Positions 12,001-18,794 of a DNA stretch of 29,600 nt are shown piece by piece. The translations under genes were made by a program, and so were the position numbers. Under the pieces are notes generated by a model that saw nothing but the letters and a program-made list of their open reading frames with translations, did not search any database and was not told the DNA's origin. The first letter of the stretch is position 1. Each line of letters starts with the position of its first letter. Location of the stretch: contig CAAEKX010000290.1 of the NCBI GenBank assembly GCA_900756605.1, forward strand, positions 1-29,600, read 5' to 3'. The DNA is from Coriobacteriia bacterium (GTDB lineage: Bacteria; Actinomycetota; Coriobacteriia; Coriobacteriales; QAMH01).

Positions 12001-15000
12001 TGGCGACGGAGGTGATCTTGGTCTTGCCGTTGATGGGCGCAAGCCACGGCAAGGTCAAACTGCTCGTCGGGGCAAGGGTGCCATCTGCCAGCATGTACTG
12101 CATCGTGCCGTCATATTCAGACACGGTCTTATCGGGAGCGTTTTGCTCGACGCCAATGGTAAGCACGCCGTTGACGAAGGTCCACCAGGCGTAGAGATTG
12201 CTCGGGAAGCGCCCACGCACGCCGGAGGCCCACGTATAAGTGTGGGTGGTGGAGATGATCTGTGTCAGGGTCTTGGTCACACCCGACTCGGCGCCAAAGT
12301 TGAAGGTCGCGCTCTTATCAGCGCCATAGCGGGCGATGAGCTGCTGGGTGCAATCAAACCAGGGGGTATCGGCGCTGTTGGAATCCATGGTCCAGTGACC
12401 GACGGTGGTCACGCGGGAGGAAAGCGGAGTGACACCGTCGGCTCCGTTGCCAAAGCCCGTTCCCTCGAGCACGGCAACTTTGTCGAGGGTGATCGAGCTA
12501 ATGGAGGGCAGGTTGGCGAGCATGAGGTCGTGAGGCGTGGAGGCGGTCCAGTTCCAGCCGGTGAGGTTGAGCGTGGCAAGGGCCGTATCTCCGGCAAAGG
12601 TGCTGGAAAGCGTGCCCGTGGGCGACAGCAGGACCTGCGAGATGTCCATACCGGAGGCGTTAATGTTGGTGACATCGGTATAGCCGGCAAACCAGAACGC
12701 AAGGTTCATGGGTGCGAGCCTGCCGTTGATGATGACGGAGGTGACGTAGCGGCCGGTCCACGTGTTATTGCTACCGGTGGTATGAGCGCGAATGATACCC
12801 GCCTTGTGCCAGGGCAGCACGCGCGAAGTGGCCGAAGTCTCGAACTCCGTCACGATCTTGTTGCTGCCACTGTCGGTGCCAAGCGTGAGGGTATGGTCAT
12901 TTGCGTTGTAACTCCACCAGGCGTTGTCATTGCTGGGGAAGCGGCCACGCAGGGCGCTCGACCAGGTGTAGGTAATGTCATCGGTTATCAGGTTGCCGAC
13001 GCCATCCTTGGCAGCGGGATAGCGGCGGGCGACATCACCCGTGGAACCGAACCAGGGGGAGCCGGCGGAAGTGTAGGCCCAAGAGCCGTTGGTCGGCAGG
13101 TGGGCAGCGAGCGTATCGTCAAAGCCAGTGCCTTCGAAGATGATCTGCGGGCCAACCGTAATCGACGTAAGCGCGTTGAGGCCAACGAGCATTTCGGTGC
13201 GCGTGGCCGTGTCCTTCATGTTCCAACCGGAGATATCAAGCGAAGTAAGGGCGCTGTTGTTCTTGAACGCCGTGTCGTACTTGGTGATGTTGGCGGTATC
13301 CCACTCATCGATGCCTGTAATGGTCCTGAGTTTGGCATCGCCTTCGAAGAGTCCTTCGATGCTTATAGTATTAGTGGTGATGAAGCCAACGCCATTGAAA
13401 TCCACGAGATTGGGGTAGTTGGCAAACCAGAAATTAAGGTTGGCCGGCGCGACCCTCTTATCGGTGCTGGTCACGACGCGCGTAACCACGTCCTTGGAGC
13501 CAATGGCCGCAAGCCAAGGCAGCACCTTGGAAGCTGCACCGGTCTCGGTCTCGGTGACGACGAGGTTGCCGGCTTGGTTGTCCGACCCGATGGTGAGCAC
13601 GCCATCCGCAAAGGTCCACCACGTGTTGTCATTGTCGAAACGACCTGCCATGACGCCCGCTTTCCAGATGTAGGCCATCTTTCCGGCAGCAGCACCCTCG
13701 GCGTTCTTTCCGGCGGGATAGCGCTTTGCGAAGTTCGAGGTCGAGCCGAACCAGGTCGAGCTGCTGGCACCGTTAGGAGTTCCCTCCCAAGATCCCTGGG
13801 TAACCTTAAGACCCTGCAGGTCGCTGTTGAAACTCGTCCCCTCGAGGATGACTCCTGCACCCACCGTAAAGACACCTTGTCCAAAAGCGGCAATGGTGCC
13901 GAGCTTACCGCAAGAAGCGAACATGTCGGTTCTGGTGGAAGACGCATCCATGGACCAGCCGGAGATATCAAGCGTCACAAGATTGGCGCACCCGGCAAAC
14001 ATGTTGGCGAAATCGGTGACTCCTGTGACGTTCCAGGAGGCGCCGTCAACGAACATGAGCAGGGAGCTTGCGTTCCTGAACATCCCATTAGTATTAGTGA
14101 GCGATGCGGTGTTCCATCCGGAAACGCCGGAAAGCTGCGTGAGGCTGGCAGCGCCTTCGAACATGGAGACGAAGCTCTCGATATGGGAGACGTCCCAATT
14201 CTCGAGGCCCGTCACGGTGCTGAGACGCTCGGTGCTGTAGAAGAGCTGGTACAGCGAGGTGTTGCCGGCAAGGTCAAGACCGGCACCATCGAAGCTCGTC
14301 AGGCGGTGGTAGTTCTTGAACCAGGCCGCGAAGTCGACGGGGTTGAAGTTCTTGCCCGGGTTACCGTCGGCCTCGACGGTGACCATGTTGATGAGAACGG
14401 CGTAGTTCTCGCCGATGGCCTTGAGCCAGGGAACGCTTGCCGCGTTCTCGGTCACGCTGCGATTGATGATCGCCGAGTTGGGATTGGGGCCCGTCCCCTT
14501 GTACTCGTCGGTACCCAGGGTGAGTGCTCCGGCGGTGCGGTCGAACTTCCACCAGGCGTTGTCGTTACTGTCGAAGCGGCCGCGCAGGTTGTTGCTCGAC
14601 CAGGTGTAGGTCATCGCGCCGGGAACGATGGAGTTACCAGCGTAGCGGTTCTTGAGGTTTTCGGTCGTGCCAAACCAGATGCCATCGGAGCAATCCCAGC
14701 TACCGGCGGAGGCGATACGGGTCTTCATGAGCTCAGCATCATCAAGGCCGGTGCCCTCGAGAATCACGGTCTGGCAGATCTTGAAGGTCGCGATGGCTTC
14801 AAGGTAGGCAAACATATTAGTGCGAACTGCGCTCTGCGGCATGTTCCATCCAGAGATGTCGAGAGTAACGACGAAGTTGTCGCCCTCGAACATGCCCTCG
14901 AAGGTCTGGGCAGCCGTGACGTTCCAACGAGCCAGAGCGTCGATGGTGACGAGGTCCTTCGTGTTGCGGAACATGTGGGCGAAGTTCGTGACGTGAGAGG

Positions 15001-17941
15001 TGTCCCAGTCACCGATGGTGGGCTGCACGGTCATGAGGTTGCAGCCATCGAAGAGACCCTCGAGCGAGGTGATCGTGCTGGTGTTCCATGCGGCAACGCC
15101 CGAGAGCGAGTTGAGTGCGTTGCAGTCCTTGAAGAGATTGGCGAGCGAATGGGTCTCGGAAAGGTCGATGCCGGCACCATTGAAGCTAACCAACGATGCG
15201 TATCCGGCAAACCATCCATCGGTTACGGTGCCGTTGCCGCCAAGGTTCTGGGGCTTGACCCGAGTGGGGTTGCTCGCATCTCCCGTGGCGCGGAAGACAA
15301 CGTAGTTGACCTGATCCTTGCGGATGACGCCATTCCAAGGAAGGTTGGATGCATCCTGCGTCACTATAGTATTAGTGGCCCCCGGATCCGCACCAATCGT
15401 GATGGTACCGTTAGTATAAATCCAGTAGACGCTGTCGTTTCCATCGAAGCGACCGGAGCGCATGGACGGGTCCCAGATATATGTGAAGGAACCTGTAGCA
15501 TCTCCCTCAATCGAAGAGGAGACGGGATAGCGCGCGGCAAGGTTTTCACTGGAACCAAACCAGGCGCTGTCTTCGGTGGCCCAAGAACCATTTGCCGTTC
15601 CATGCTCGATGAGAGTTTCTATACCGGAACCTGTAAGAATCACGTCACCGCTCAAGAGGAGACGGCGGAGCGACGAGTTGCCGGAGAACATGTTGTCGCG
15701 GGGAGCAGTCGGCTGCATGACCCAACCCGTGAGATTCATGCTCGTGACTCCAGCATCCATGAAGAGGAACGCGAAGCTCGTCGCAAACTCAACATTCATT
15801 CCCGTGCCATCGAAGTTGGTCATCGAGACGTAGCTCTTGAACCAGTTCTCGAAATTCACGGGAGCGATTCCATTGCGCGTAACAACGGAACGAACGGCAA
15901 ACGATCCGGTGGGGACCGCTCCCGTGGTGAGCCAGGGAACATTTATCGCCGACTCGGTCACCTTCTTGTCGGCGGCTCCGATTGCGTTGCCGCGCGAGTC
16001 AACGGAGTCGGCACCAATGGTAAGAATGCCATCGGAAGTTCCGCTGAACATCCACCAAGCATTGTCATTCTCGAAGCGGCCGCCGATTTGATTCGGATGC
16101 CACGTATATATTAGTGCGCCCGAAGCACTCGAGGGGCGTTGGGCAGCTGTCTTGGTGGCGGAATAACGAGTGGCAAGATTACCCGTCGTGCCAAACCAGA
16201 CGCCATCCGAGCAATCCCAGGTTCCGGCCTTTGGCTCGCGTTTCGAGAACGAATCTGTAAGTCCGGTACCTGTGAGAATAACGGTCTCCGTTACGGTGAG
16301 GGTTGTAAGTGTCGTGCAGTTCGTGAACATGTTGTCACGAGGAGCACTTGCAACCGCATCCATGTTCCAACCGGAGATGTCGATTGCGGAGAGGAAGGTG
16401 TCGCCGCGGAAAAGCGAATCGAACGAAGTGCAGTGGGAGACATCGATTCCCGTGCCGTCGAAGCTGATGAGATTTGCGTAGTTTGCAAACCAGGATGCGA
16501 GAGTGGTCGGCGCGATGTTTCCGAGAGTCGTGATTGCCTTGATGGCGGCAGCCCCAACCGACGGAAGCCAGGGAAGCTGCTCGGCCGTTTCGTCGACGGA
16601 CTTATCAACGGCACCTGTTGCATCGATGGTCAGCGTGCTCGAGGTCTTGTCGAAGGACCACAGCACATTCGCGTTGGATGCAAAGCCGGACTCATAGTAG
16701 AAAATGTAAGCATGAATTCCGGAGGGAGCGCCGGATCCAGAGTAGCGACTCACGAGATTGGCGGTCGTTCCGGACCATGCATCCGACTTCCACGTGCCGG
16801 CGTTGTCGCCACGGCTTGCCGTGTTACCCAAACCGGTACCATTAAGATTCACGTTCGGATTGAGGGTTATCTTCTCAATCGCTCCCATGTTCGAAAGCAT
16901 GTTGGTTTTGGTGGCTGATCCGACGGTCCAATTCGTAAAATCGAGTTCCTTCAGATTTGAGCAACCTACAAACATATTCATGAAGGTTGTTGCCTTGGAA
17001 GTGTTCCACGATCCAATACCCTGAACAGTTTCAAGATTTGTGCAACCATTAAACATGTTTGCGAAAGTGGTCACATTTGACGTATTCAATGAATCTGCTT
17101 GGAATGAGACAAGTGATGTGTATCCGCTAAACCAATTGGATAGGTTTGTGGGCGCAATGGGGCCCGTGATTATGACCTGGAATATGTCGGTAGTTGTAAA
17201 CGAGCTCTTCCAGGGAAGCGAAGACCCGTACTCAGTGACGGTCATATCGCCGTTATCGAGCACGGGGTGGATCTTGAGCGTCATGGTTCGCGTGTCAACG
17301 GTCCACGAAATATTCGAGTTGCTGGCAAAGAATCCGCTGTTGTCTGCTTGAGGGCTAATAGACGAACTCGCCGCCAGAAGCGGTGAGTCCAAAGCGTCCT
17401 GCATGATCTGATCAACACCGTCTAGGCCCGATGATGATTCGTCCGGCTTGAACAAATCGCGTACTGGGCCGTAGACCTCCCCTGACGTTTCCGTCGGCGC
17501 CGCATTTTCTGCTGGTGCCGTTTGTTCAGGGGCAGATTCCGTGCGAGCACTCTCAGCGGGAAGGGCGACTGCCTCGGGGGCTGCCTTGGGGGCAGCTGCA
17601 GGAGTAGTCACCGCCGCGGATCCGGCCGAAGCCGGCATGGGGATTGCGGCTGCCGCGGATCGCGGAGCAGCCACGGGCTCTGCAGCGCTGGAAGAAGCCG
17701 CCACGGGCTGCGGTGCCGCAGCCGGAGCCATGACGACGACGGAGCCATTGGAGCCGGCACCCGCCGAAGCGATGTTCTCGGAGTTGTAGGAATTCTCGTC
17801 AGCGAGAGCAGGAGTGGCGAACGACGTAAGTACTAATATCGCGCCCGCGAAAAAAACAAGGCAAAGCGTGACGAGGGCGCGAAGAGCCCTTCGCTGCATG
17901 TCGCTGCGAGGCAGGTCCATGTATGTCCGCTTTGTGCTCAA
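2..17941 (-). CDS. Giant repetitive surface protein/adhesin with BspA/DUF285-type (26-residue surface repeat) LRR-like modules; 3'-partial, at least 5,980 aa
   Basis: TTG at 17941 lies 5 nt after AGGAG; there is an alternative in-frame ATG at 17920. Manual translation of several segments gives coherent repeats (e.g. NTSNVTTFANMFNGCTNLETVQGIGSWNTSKATTFMNMF). The track lists no minus-strand ORF terminating in this frame, so the frame is open to the window edge. The long + strand ORFs share its codon register, i.e. they are antisense shadows. Confidence 0.93.
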   Translation of the reverse strand, partial: MSTKRTYMDLPRSDMQRRALRALVTLCLVFFAGAILVLTSFATPALADENSYNSENIASAGAGSNGSVVVMAPAAAPQPVAASSSAAEPVAAPRSAAAAIPMPASAGSAAVTTPAAAPKAAPEAVALPAESARTESAPEQTAPAENAAPTETSGEVYGPVRDLFKPDESSSGLDGVDQIMQDALDSPLLAASSSISPQADNSGFFASNSNISWTVDTRTMTLKIHPVLDNGDMTVTEYGSSLPWKSSFTTTDIFQVIITGPIAPTNLSNWFSGYTSLVSFQADSLNTSNVTTFANMFNGCTNLETVQGIGSWNTSKATTFMNMFVGCSNLKELDFTNWTVGSATKTNMLSNMGAIEKITLNPNVNLNGTGLGNTASRGDNAGTWKSDAWSGTTANLVSRYSGSGAPSGIHAYIFYYESGFASNANVLWSFDKTSSTLTIDATGAVDKSVDETAEQLPWLPSVGAAAIKAITTLGNIAPTTLASWFANYANLISFDGTGIDVSHCTSFDSLFRGDTFLSAIDISGWNMDAVASAPRDNMFTNCTTLTTLTVTETVILTGTGLTDSFSKREPKAGTWDCSDGVWFGTTGNLATRYSATKTAAQRPSSASGALIYTWHPNQIGGRFENDNAWWMFSGTSDGILTIGADSVDSRGNAIGAADKKVTESAINVPWLTTGAVPTGSFAVRSVVTRNGIAPVNFENWFKSYVSMTNFDGTGMNVEFATSFAFLFMDAGVTSMNLTGWVMQPTAPRDNMFSGNSSLRRLLLSGDVILTGSGIETLIEHGTANGSWATEDSAWFGSSENLAARYPVSSSIEGDATGSFTYIWDPSMRSGRFDGNDSVYWIYTNGTITIGADPGATNTIVTQDASNLPWNGVIRKDQVNYVVFRATGDASNPTRVKPQNLGGNGTVTDGWFAGYASLVSFNGAGIDLSETHSLANLFKDCNALNSLSGVAAWNTSTITSLEGLFDGCNLMTVQPTIGDWDTSHVTNFAHMFRNTKDLVTIDALARWNVTAAQTFEGMFEGDNFVVTLDISGWNMPQSAVRTNMFAYLEAIATFKICQTVILEGTGLDDAELMKTRIASAGSWDCSDGIWFGTTENLKNRYAGNSIVPGAMTYTWSSNNLRGRFDSNDNAWWKFDRTAGALTLGTDEYKGTGPNPNSAIINRSVTENAASVPWLKAIGENYAVLINMVTVEADGNPGKNFNPVDFAAWFKNYHRLTSFDGAGLDLAGNTSLYQLFYSTERLSTVTGLENWDVSHIESFVSMFEGAASLTQLSGVSGWNTASLTNTNGMFRNASSLLMFVDGASWNVTGVTDFANMFAGCANLVTLDISGWSMDASSTRTDMFASCGKLGTIAAFGQGVFTVGAGVILEGTSFNSDLQGLKVTQGSWEGTPNGASSSTWFGSTSNFAKRYPAGKNAEGAAAGKMAYIWKAGVMAGRFDNDNTWWTFADGVLTIGSDNQAGNLVVTETETGAASKVLPWLAAIGSKDVVTRVVTSTDKRVAPANLNFWFANYPNLVDFNGVGFITTNTISIEGLFEGDAKLRTITGIDEWDTANITKYDTAFKNNSALTSLDISGWNMKDTATRTEMLVGLNALTSITVGPQIIFEGTGFDDTLAAHLPTNGSWAYTSAGSPWFGSTGDVARRYPAAKDGVGNLITDDITYTWSSALRGRFPSNDNAWWSYNANDHTLTLGTDSGSNKIVTEFETSATSRVLPWHKAGIIRAHTTGSNNTWTGRYVTSVIINGRLAPMNLAFWFAGYTDVTNINASGMDISQVLLSPTGTLSSTFAGDTALATLNLTGWNWTASTPHDLMLANLPSISSITLDKVAVLEGTGFGNGADGVTPLSSRVTTVGHWTMDSNSADTPWFDCTQQLIARYGADKSATFNFGAESGVTKTLTQIISTTHTYTWASGVRGRFPSNLYAWWTFVNGVLTIGVEQNAPDKTVSEYDGTMQYMLADGTLAPTSSLTLPWLAPINGKTKITSVATQNSIAPLNMTGWFAGLSNLKTFDGTGLNPAYCTSLHKLFYNDVNLTTINNITDWGVSRVTDFAYSFSELRSLTTLTAIAGWTVNAARTFEGMFANDVRLSRLHLAVDDSHWFMPSDAIFTDMFKNLQDLIYLKVSNGVVLNGPAKDSGFDNTLADHLPKNGTWAELVDEEHEYENLADSLIGNTGDLAARYPETHNNYYTVTYKFLEGYMRGRFENTNVWWEYNKGQLSVGVDDPTLSVEVTEFEAADGSVTMPWRSLIEDPNNDPDTRVTSFVSSPELGTISPHTLESWFKGYTQLTKFDGRGLDLSLVTSMESTFDGCTALVSVTWPTDSATTEKLISLRNLYNGAINMTSVTGMGEWNTINVTSFDNAFAGLGKITELDIHSWVMENGTHANLLQNCKGLRKLILGQGVRLGDSGLSNSLPGLEATTGMWLYTNDEGDEIWFDCTSRLADRYSGNDQGRAPPAGTITYIWDDTRLGGRFMSNQNAWWYYVKATKALHMGADGGADADKSIDETDSTAANLPWRRVVANYTTSILTVHTTGGLAPKSLGGWFDGHTGLTNFDGAGLDTKDVTSFASTFRNDTALTTIAGTATWNTPSLTNVSSMFQNCSVLVTLPSMANWDVSKVTTFECMFDGVNQLQYVTGTGSWDTSSATNFNYMFRGMRKLLKVDMGNWTIDATDTVVQMFYRDEYLDEVTFGPGYDAYCNDGKGIDQPTRTLTYQLASNGQQREGDQKFGNPGYYNGYDHTWTYGNGKTSSISVTFNNGIYTERGYDWVSVWDSNGNYYLNRWSGSTGGAPSYTTTAQYMYVRFHTDGSYTSSGWNATVVLTMTGIWKNSAPDPYWIGSWDEINKSNRERPGIGPAEMAGTYQWKLNEVGGRFDSNLKAWWEYHRDTKVLDLHGPRDNYKDKIVTETVAQQPWLTWPNLDIRAICTQVTTTDGLTLQNPASWFADYLELANIDASQLRISSTATSLEKMFFKTTASAKLTTLTGLENWDVSAITSIASIFEGNTALPLSGISGWNTSSVTNFSGAFAHNQALANLTQVMDWDTSAATSMVRMFYNTKIVSLDRLKPHTATIDGVERDCWNVSKVTDFSSMFASCLDLVNAEGIATWVVAGATLENMFNGDTALLAVDVSGWDMLTAPSITGMFLNNKSIAKLRLGLKSALTGTGITNSLADHGVADGKWLREDGRWYDSSSNLAAIYPFAPEGPKYQQIYLYTWDTMPGGRFQYGAGIENAWWRYDKTSHTLLIGTSDIEAEEDGTYNYEIEDRWDELPWASIFTGKDIQSIVITGGIKLINPSKWFKDYTALVDFDGSGLDLSMAVDHSIEGLFMGCTSLETVAGIDAWGDTLYSIKDLFRGDVKLTTLSGIEYWLNTTNITDMSGAFWNTSSLTELSFLRNWNVSNVTDFSNMFNGAVGLTSLNDIRVWDTSSAINVSGMFANTKLTDVELTPWNVSTVQNFSGMFQNCADMQTLNISTWNMEAATNLANMFTGCKNLVTVVFGEHNVLAVTNGSTTTYTGFDDTLTDRNAYDGRWQLRGGVWYDGTQRLAERYTLGSQLAGTLTYDWQEDSPGGHFIKNPSAWWTFDKPTGTLTIGIDAGATDLTIPELATELPWRLYQYKLFHDNMKAVVFRNDAAPLNPASWFENYNFIQRFEGGSMNPGLATDFSKMFAGCTALTDLVGITNWNLANATTLSRMFYDCDSLASLAGIARWNVSNVQDFSYMFAQALNDKGQVVGTGLVDASAIKGWDFASATTLASMFQNDNHLTTVDFSGWDVVSGAPSLANMLAGATSLSKMTLGPKSVLAGAGLDAISTRTDSDGRWYLPNYTWFGDCTDMKARYGASGNTLGNALVYTWDGTTLGGRFANQNTWWTYVKASKLLTIGSDSGSNKTITETADQLPWKDIPGLANVLSVNTNGSTILQNPANWFANHTGLTSFDGTDMNVTGATDLSGMFQNDRALTTITGVDEWNTSSATTLANMFAGCTNLKNNDAVAYWDTSSVTDFSRVFAGDTALVSLNLAGWDMTKATTVAGMLSGCTAINQLMLSNTSVLEGAGLDDTLEGRTKLDGTWVRADGLWFDRSAYLTALYPFGGNTRGADRIYTWDGSFLGGRFPSNEQAWWKYIKATKTLDLGTDGIGAVAVTEHYDELPWRDVWTVGLATSITSHGQLQLPEDASYWFSTTKIDSKNIDLPAFGNWSYSSFNRTINGNTIGITGAGGVAVMYTPIAMEAGTYTLIFNYSLTGSYPVHFEIVKSISGMAYGGVNTGALVAPNSYVTLPVSGTREVVIQFTVATPGNYYFNMQLDGVRDGTYAALTVNDLILCTNPAYFFVTSFDGTGLDPSNTKTLEGFFEGDVKLSTVQGTAAWNTAKVENFAYMFKDCPSLSNLARISTWNTSSARFMTGMFQNCIALQDNSALTSWNTGHVTDFTSMFKGCTALTTLDVSGWNMQLATVSDGEYLGMKDMIAGCTAINTIIASGNSVLMGSGLGDTLAGRARWDGVWEIPDGSWYDCSDRLAGRYPRRSSFTDKITYRWNSTVRGGRFTPDGSKWWRLTDEDGNGSFETLTIGINESDESLRNPNVETLAAELPWLLVYNSDPAISAARAKTTITSLKTWTFDVNRPLVVQNPSSWFEGYTALHDIEASGMDVGSATDLSKMFKDCTKLTNISGMQKWSVVQVTNFASMFENCSSLAALDISGWHMISAQSTDALKNMLSGCSSIASLTVAGDVALVGSGLDDTLASRARTQGMWELADGTWFDCSERLSMRYPLWPRSASDEVFDDTLTYIWNGDVLGGRFEPNDVSWWKLTDEDDNGSFETLTLGTDRSNSVNFVAADLPWLAARPTVKSELTTVNTVTASSLGGLNITFPEAWFADYIKLTDFDATNMDVNNATSLKDMFKGDALLTNLVGTDSWHTDKVTDFSGMFSGNAALNQESLDRLAAWNVSQATTMASMFEGCASITDLTPLADWDVSKVTDLSAMFKGASSIVDQMPIGKWDTSSVTTFAEMFRNCTSLKDLDLSTWQMVGKNVTDMLAGCRSLYHIKTGPTTVLEGTGLANLVDHGQEKGTWFNEDRTWYDGSAILAAHYPASGNMYANDDYYFYAIIQGRFDSNNNVWWRYDMSEHTLTLGLEKPNESNEVQELYNQLPWGSLAPPDMPKGKDITSMIEKVFVDGDDTVIRIMNPSKWFQNYVALTNIEAEQLDISGATDISGMFQGDYKLQLLNLSRWDLTKPGLNIQDLLDVNPLPSVTDHERGDIALNELILGPTTILEGTGFEGIASHVDFAGQWLSSADANFRGTNADLLAKYMKNGSKPAGIITYTWELHNSADQNPDFWWRYFAEETVYNGVTYQPGTLIMGVADLNNDGTVSNRVTITPGQEPWLPWLPSVARSSVLHVVTVIDDATGTKINPVNLANWFAGYTSLVTFDGAGMDTKNTLSFESLFEGDSKLEEVDIAGWDMRETTFGSSGTDDEGNDIPILTGYANMFKGCTSLKKIVVGANSALQGTGFDSITGRDPNSGMWRTDASEGNTLFDHTWFETSAGLATRFDTAGNGSIYGTRVEFIWTPGKGGHFVGNADAWWAYDSETNTLYLGSVNSSADAPQKVTCTANNLPWKDIIDTTKIETVITCGHLAPTDMTGWFAANPYSYDFIDGRYYIHYFNHSTASLLKYIGDGSLTTNRNDTNALWDIRHAGTTSNGTKYYTLRNVGSGAYITYGTDANINRFFYLRNFSTSGFNRVVIMPYANAALALDLWYGDQSRGLSQWHRNDAQDKWGWYTANEWESYVSNGQSNAYAWALELVSGNFQSLKEFDATGLDFRDCQSTNNMFALNTTLEKLTLNQYNYLTNSGLKAHQGVLGAWINVTADDPDWWGTTSNLVNRYPEGFGGVGNDSTNNIGKQTYVWQTEHVGGRFPSNDAAWWRYFVDETEYKGTTYPAGTLLLGVDNVETSTTKSIDVTETGPYMPWKEVLGAGSIVHVATSMQTGSRLHPTSLASWFENSDGYYAG
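608..1084 (-). other. Inserted ~159 aa beta-trefoil/ricin-B-lectin-like domain
   Basis: Non-repeat segment between WF and FQSLKEFDATGLD: GRYYIHY...NALWDIRHAG...YYTLRNVGSGAYI...ALDLWYG...AWALELV. Resembles ricin-type W.I..G.Y.LRN..SG.Y repeats. Confidence 0.5.
5024..5458 (-). other. Inserted ~145 aa beta-sandwich (CBM/galactose-binding-like) domain
   Basis: Non-repeat segment between WF and YxxxxSFDGTGLD: ...AMEAGTYTLIFNYS...VVIQFTVATPGNYYFNMQLD...LTVNDLIL. Rich in beta-strand pattern and aromatic residues; family uncertain. Confidence 0.45.
9512..9840 (-). other. CUB-like domain inserted in the giant protein
   Basis: Translation NPGYYNGYDHTWT...ISVTFNNGIYTERGYDWVSVWD...RWSG...YMYVRFHTDGSYTSSGWNATV matches the CUB pattern (W.I, F..E..YD.L.I.D, V.F.SD.S...GF.A). 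Confidence 0.75.
17801..17941 (-). other. Sec signal peptide of the giant protein, followed by an Ala/Pro-rich linker (~17500-17760)
   Basis: Basic n-region (QRRALRAL), hydrophobic h-region (VTLCLVFFAGAILVLTSF) and A-x-A cleavage site PALA|DE. Confidence 0.8.
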
Positions 17942-18334
17942 TACAACTCCTGAACGGGGGTTATGAAAAACACATCGAGGTGGAACGGGAAGGAAACAAG
18001 GGGTAGAACGGCTAGGGACGTTTAAAAAAGATGATTTGGATTGAAAAAACGCGGTAGACGTGGTGTTTTGGGATTCGAATTGTACTTCCCTCAAGTAAAA
18101 ATCGCCTGCGTAACCAGCCGTTTTGTCCAGTATCGTTTGCGAACGGTAGGTTATTTCGGGCGGATGACAGTGATTTTCCCCATCGTGTCCATTTTTTCTC
18201 GACACGTCTCCACAATTTCTTGAGAAGTGAGTCTGCTAGGTGTCAAAGTCCATTATTTCCCGAAATGATATTTGAGCGTTCGTTCGATGTATCGTTTCGA
18301 GGCGAATTTTCGACTCGGAGTCATTTTCGTGAAA

Positions 18335-18531
18335 TTATTCCGTATTACATATAAAGATTTATCATAAAACGTGATTAAGATTCCGACGACCGATCCCTGT
18401 GGAAAACCTAGCGTTTCGACGCGGAATTTTTATCTAGGATTTGGATAAATCTTTATCGCAATTTAAGATAAATTAACGGGCACGTTCTGCATGCGGTTTT
18501 CTCCAGATTCTTTATCTGTTCTCGGTATAAT
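18335..18531. promoter_or_regulatory. Array of TTTATC-N9-GATAAA palindromic operator-like sites upstream of the giant ORF
   Basis: Perfect copies at 18429-18449 and 18452-18472 (23-bp period). Near copies at 18358-18378 (TTTATC-N9-GATTAA), 18335-18355 and 18511-18531. Confidence 0.55.
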
Positions 18532-18720
18532 TTTACAGGCTTCAATTTCTCGGACTGATATACAGAAAATGTCTCTGATTTCATACATTTTTGAGGCGTT
18601 TCTTGAGCAGCCTTTCGGCTTTCCCCTCCCCCGTGCTCTTTCTGCACTCGTACCCCCTTAATCGCTCCGCGCGATAATTCCGCGCCACCTCCCGCGCCCA
18701 GGCGCGGAACCCTCAGTCGA

Positions 18721-18794
18721 GGTTTCTCGACTCCGGCGCTTCGCGCCTCCGCTCGAAACGAAAAAGAGGGCGCACCCCCTTCGCTCGAAATAAC
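18721..18794. repeat. REP-like palindromic element remnant(s)
   Basis: GGCGC-TTC-GCGCC hairpin inside TTTCTCGACTCC...TCCGCTCGAAA. CGCTCGAAA occurs twice (18750, 18782). A related 16-mer is at 27133-27148. Confidence 0.45.

Larger units (their letters stand above)
257..17310 (-). repeat. About 21 tandem protein-level modules (mostly 200-350 aa) in the giant ORF
   Basis: The motif GxFxSNxxAWW recurs, with its Trp codons near 17303, 16658, 16052, 15422, 14549, 13616, 12914, 12182, 11336, 10529, 9335, 8279, 7247, 6383, 5636, 4352, 3590, 2657, 2003, 1271 and 257. In the modules read, it is followed by LPW, PxxWF, FDGxGLD, variable MFxxxxxLxxxxW repeats and WFG/RYP motifs. Confidence 0.85.

Noticed and set aside
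17850..17856. A7 tract in the signal-peptide coding region as a phase-variation site
   Set aside because: Short tract, explained by Val-Phe-Phe codons, and the frame is intact.
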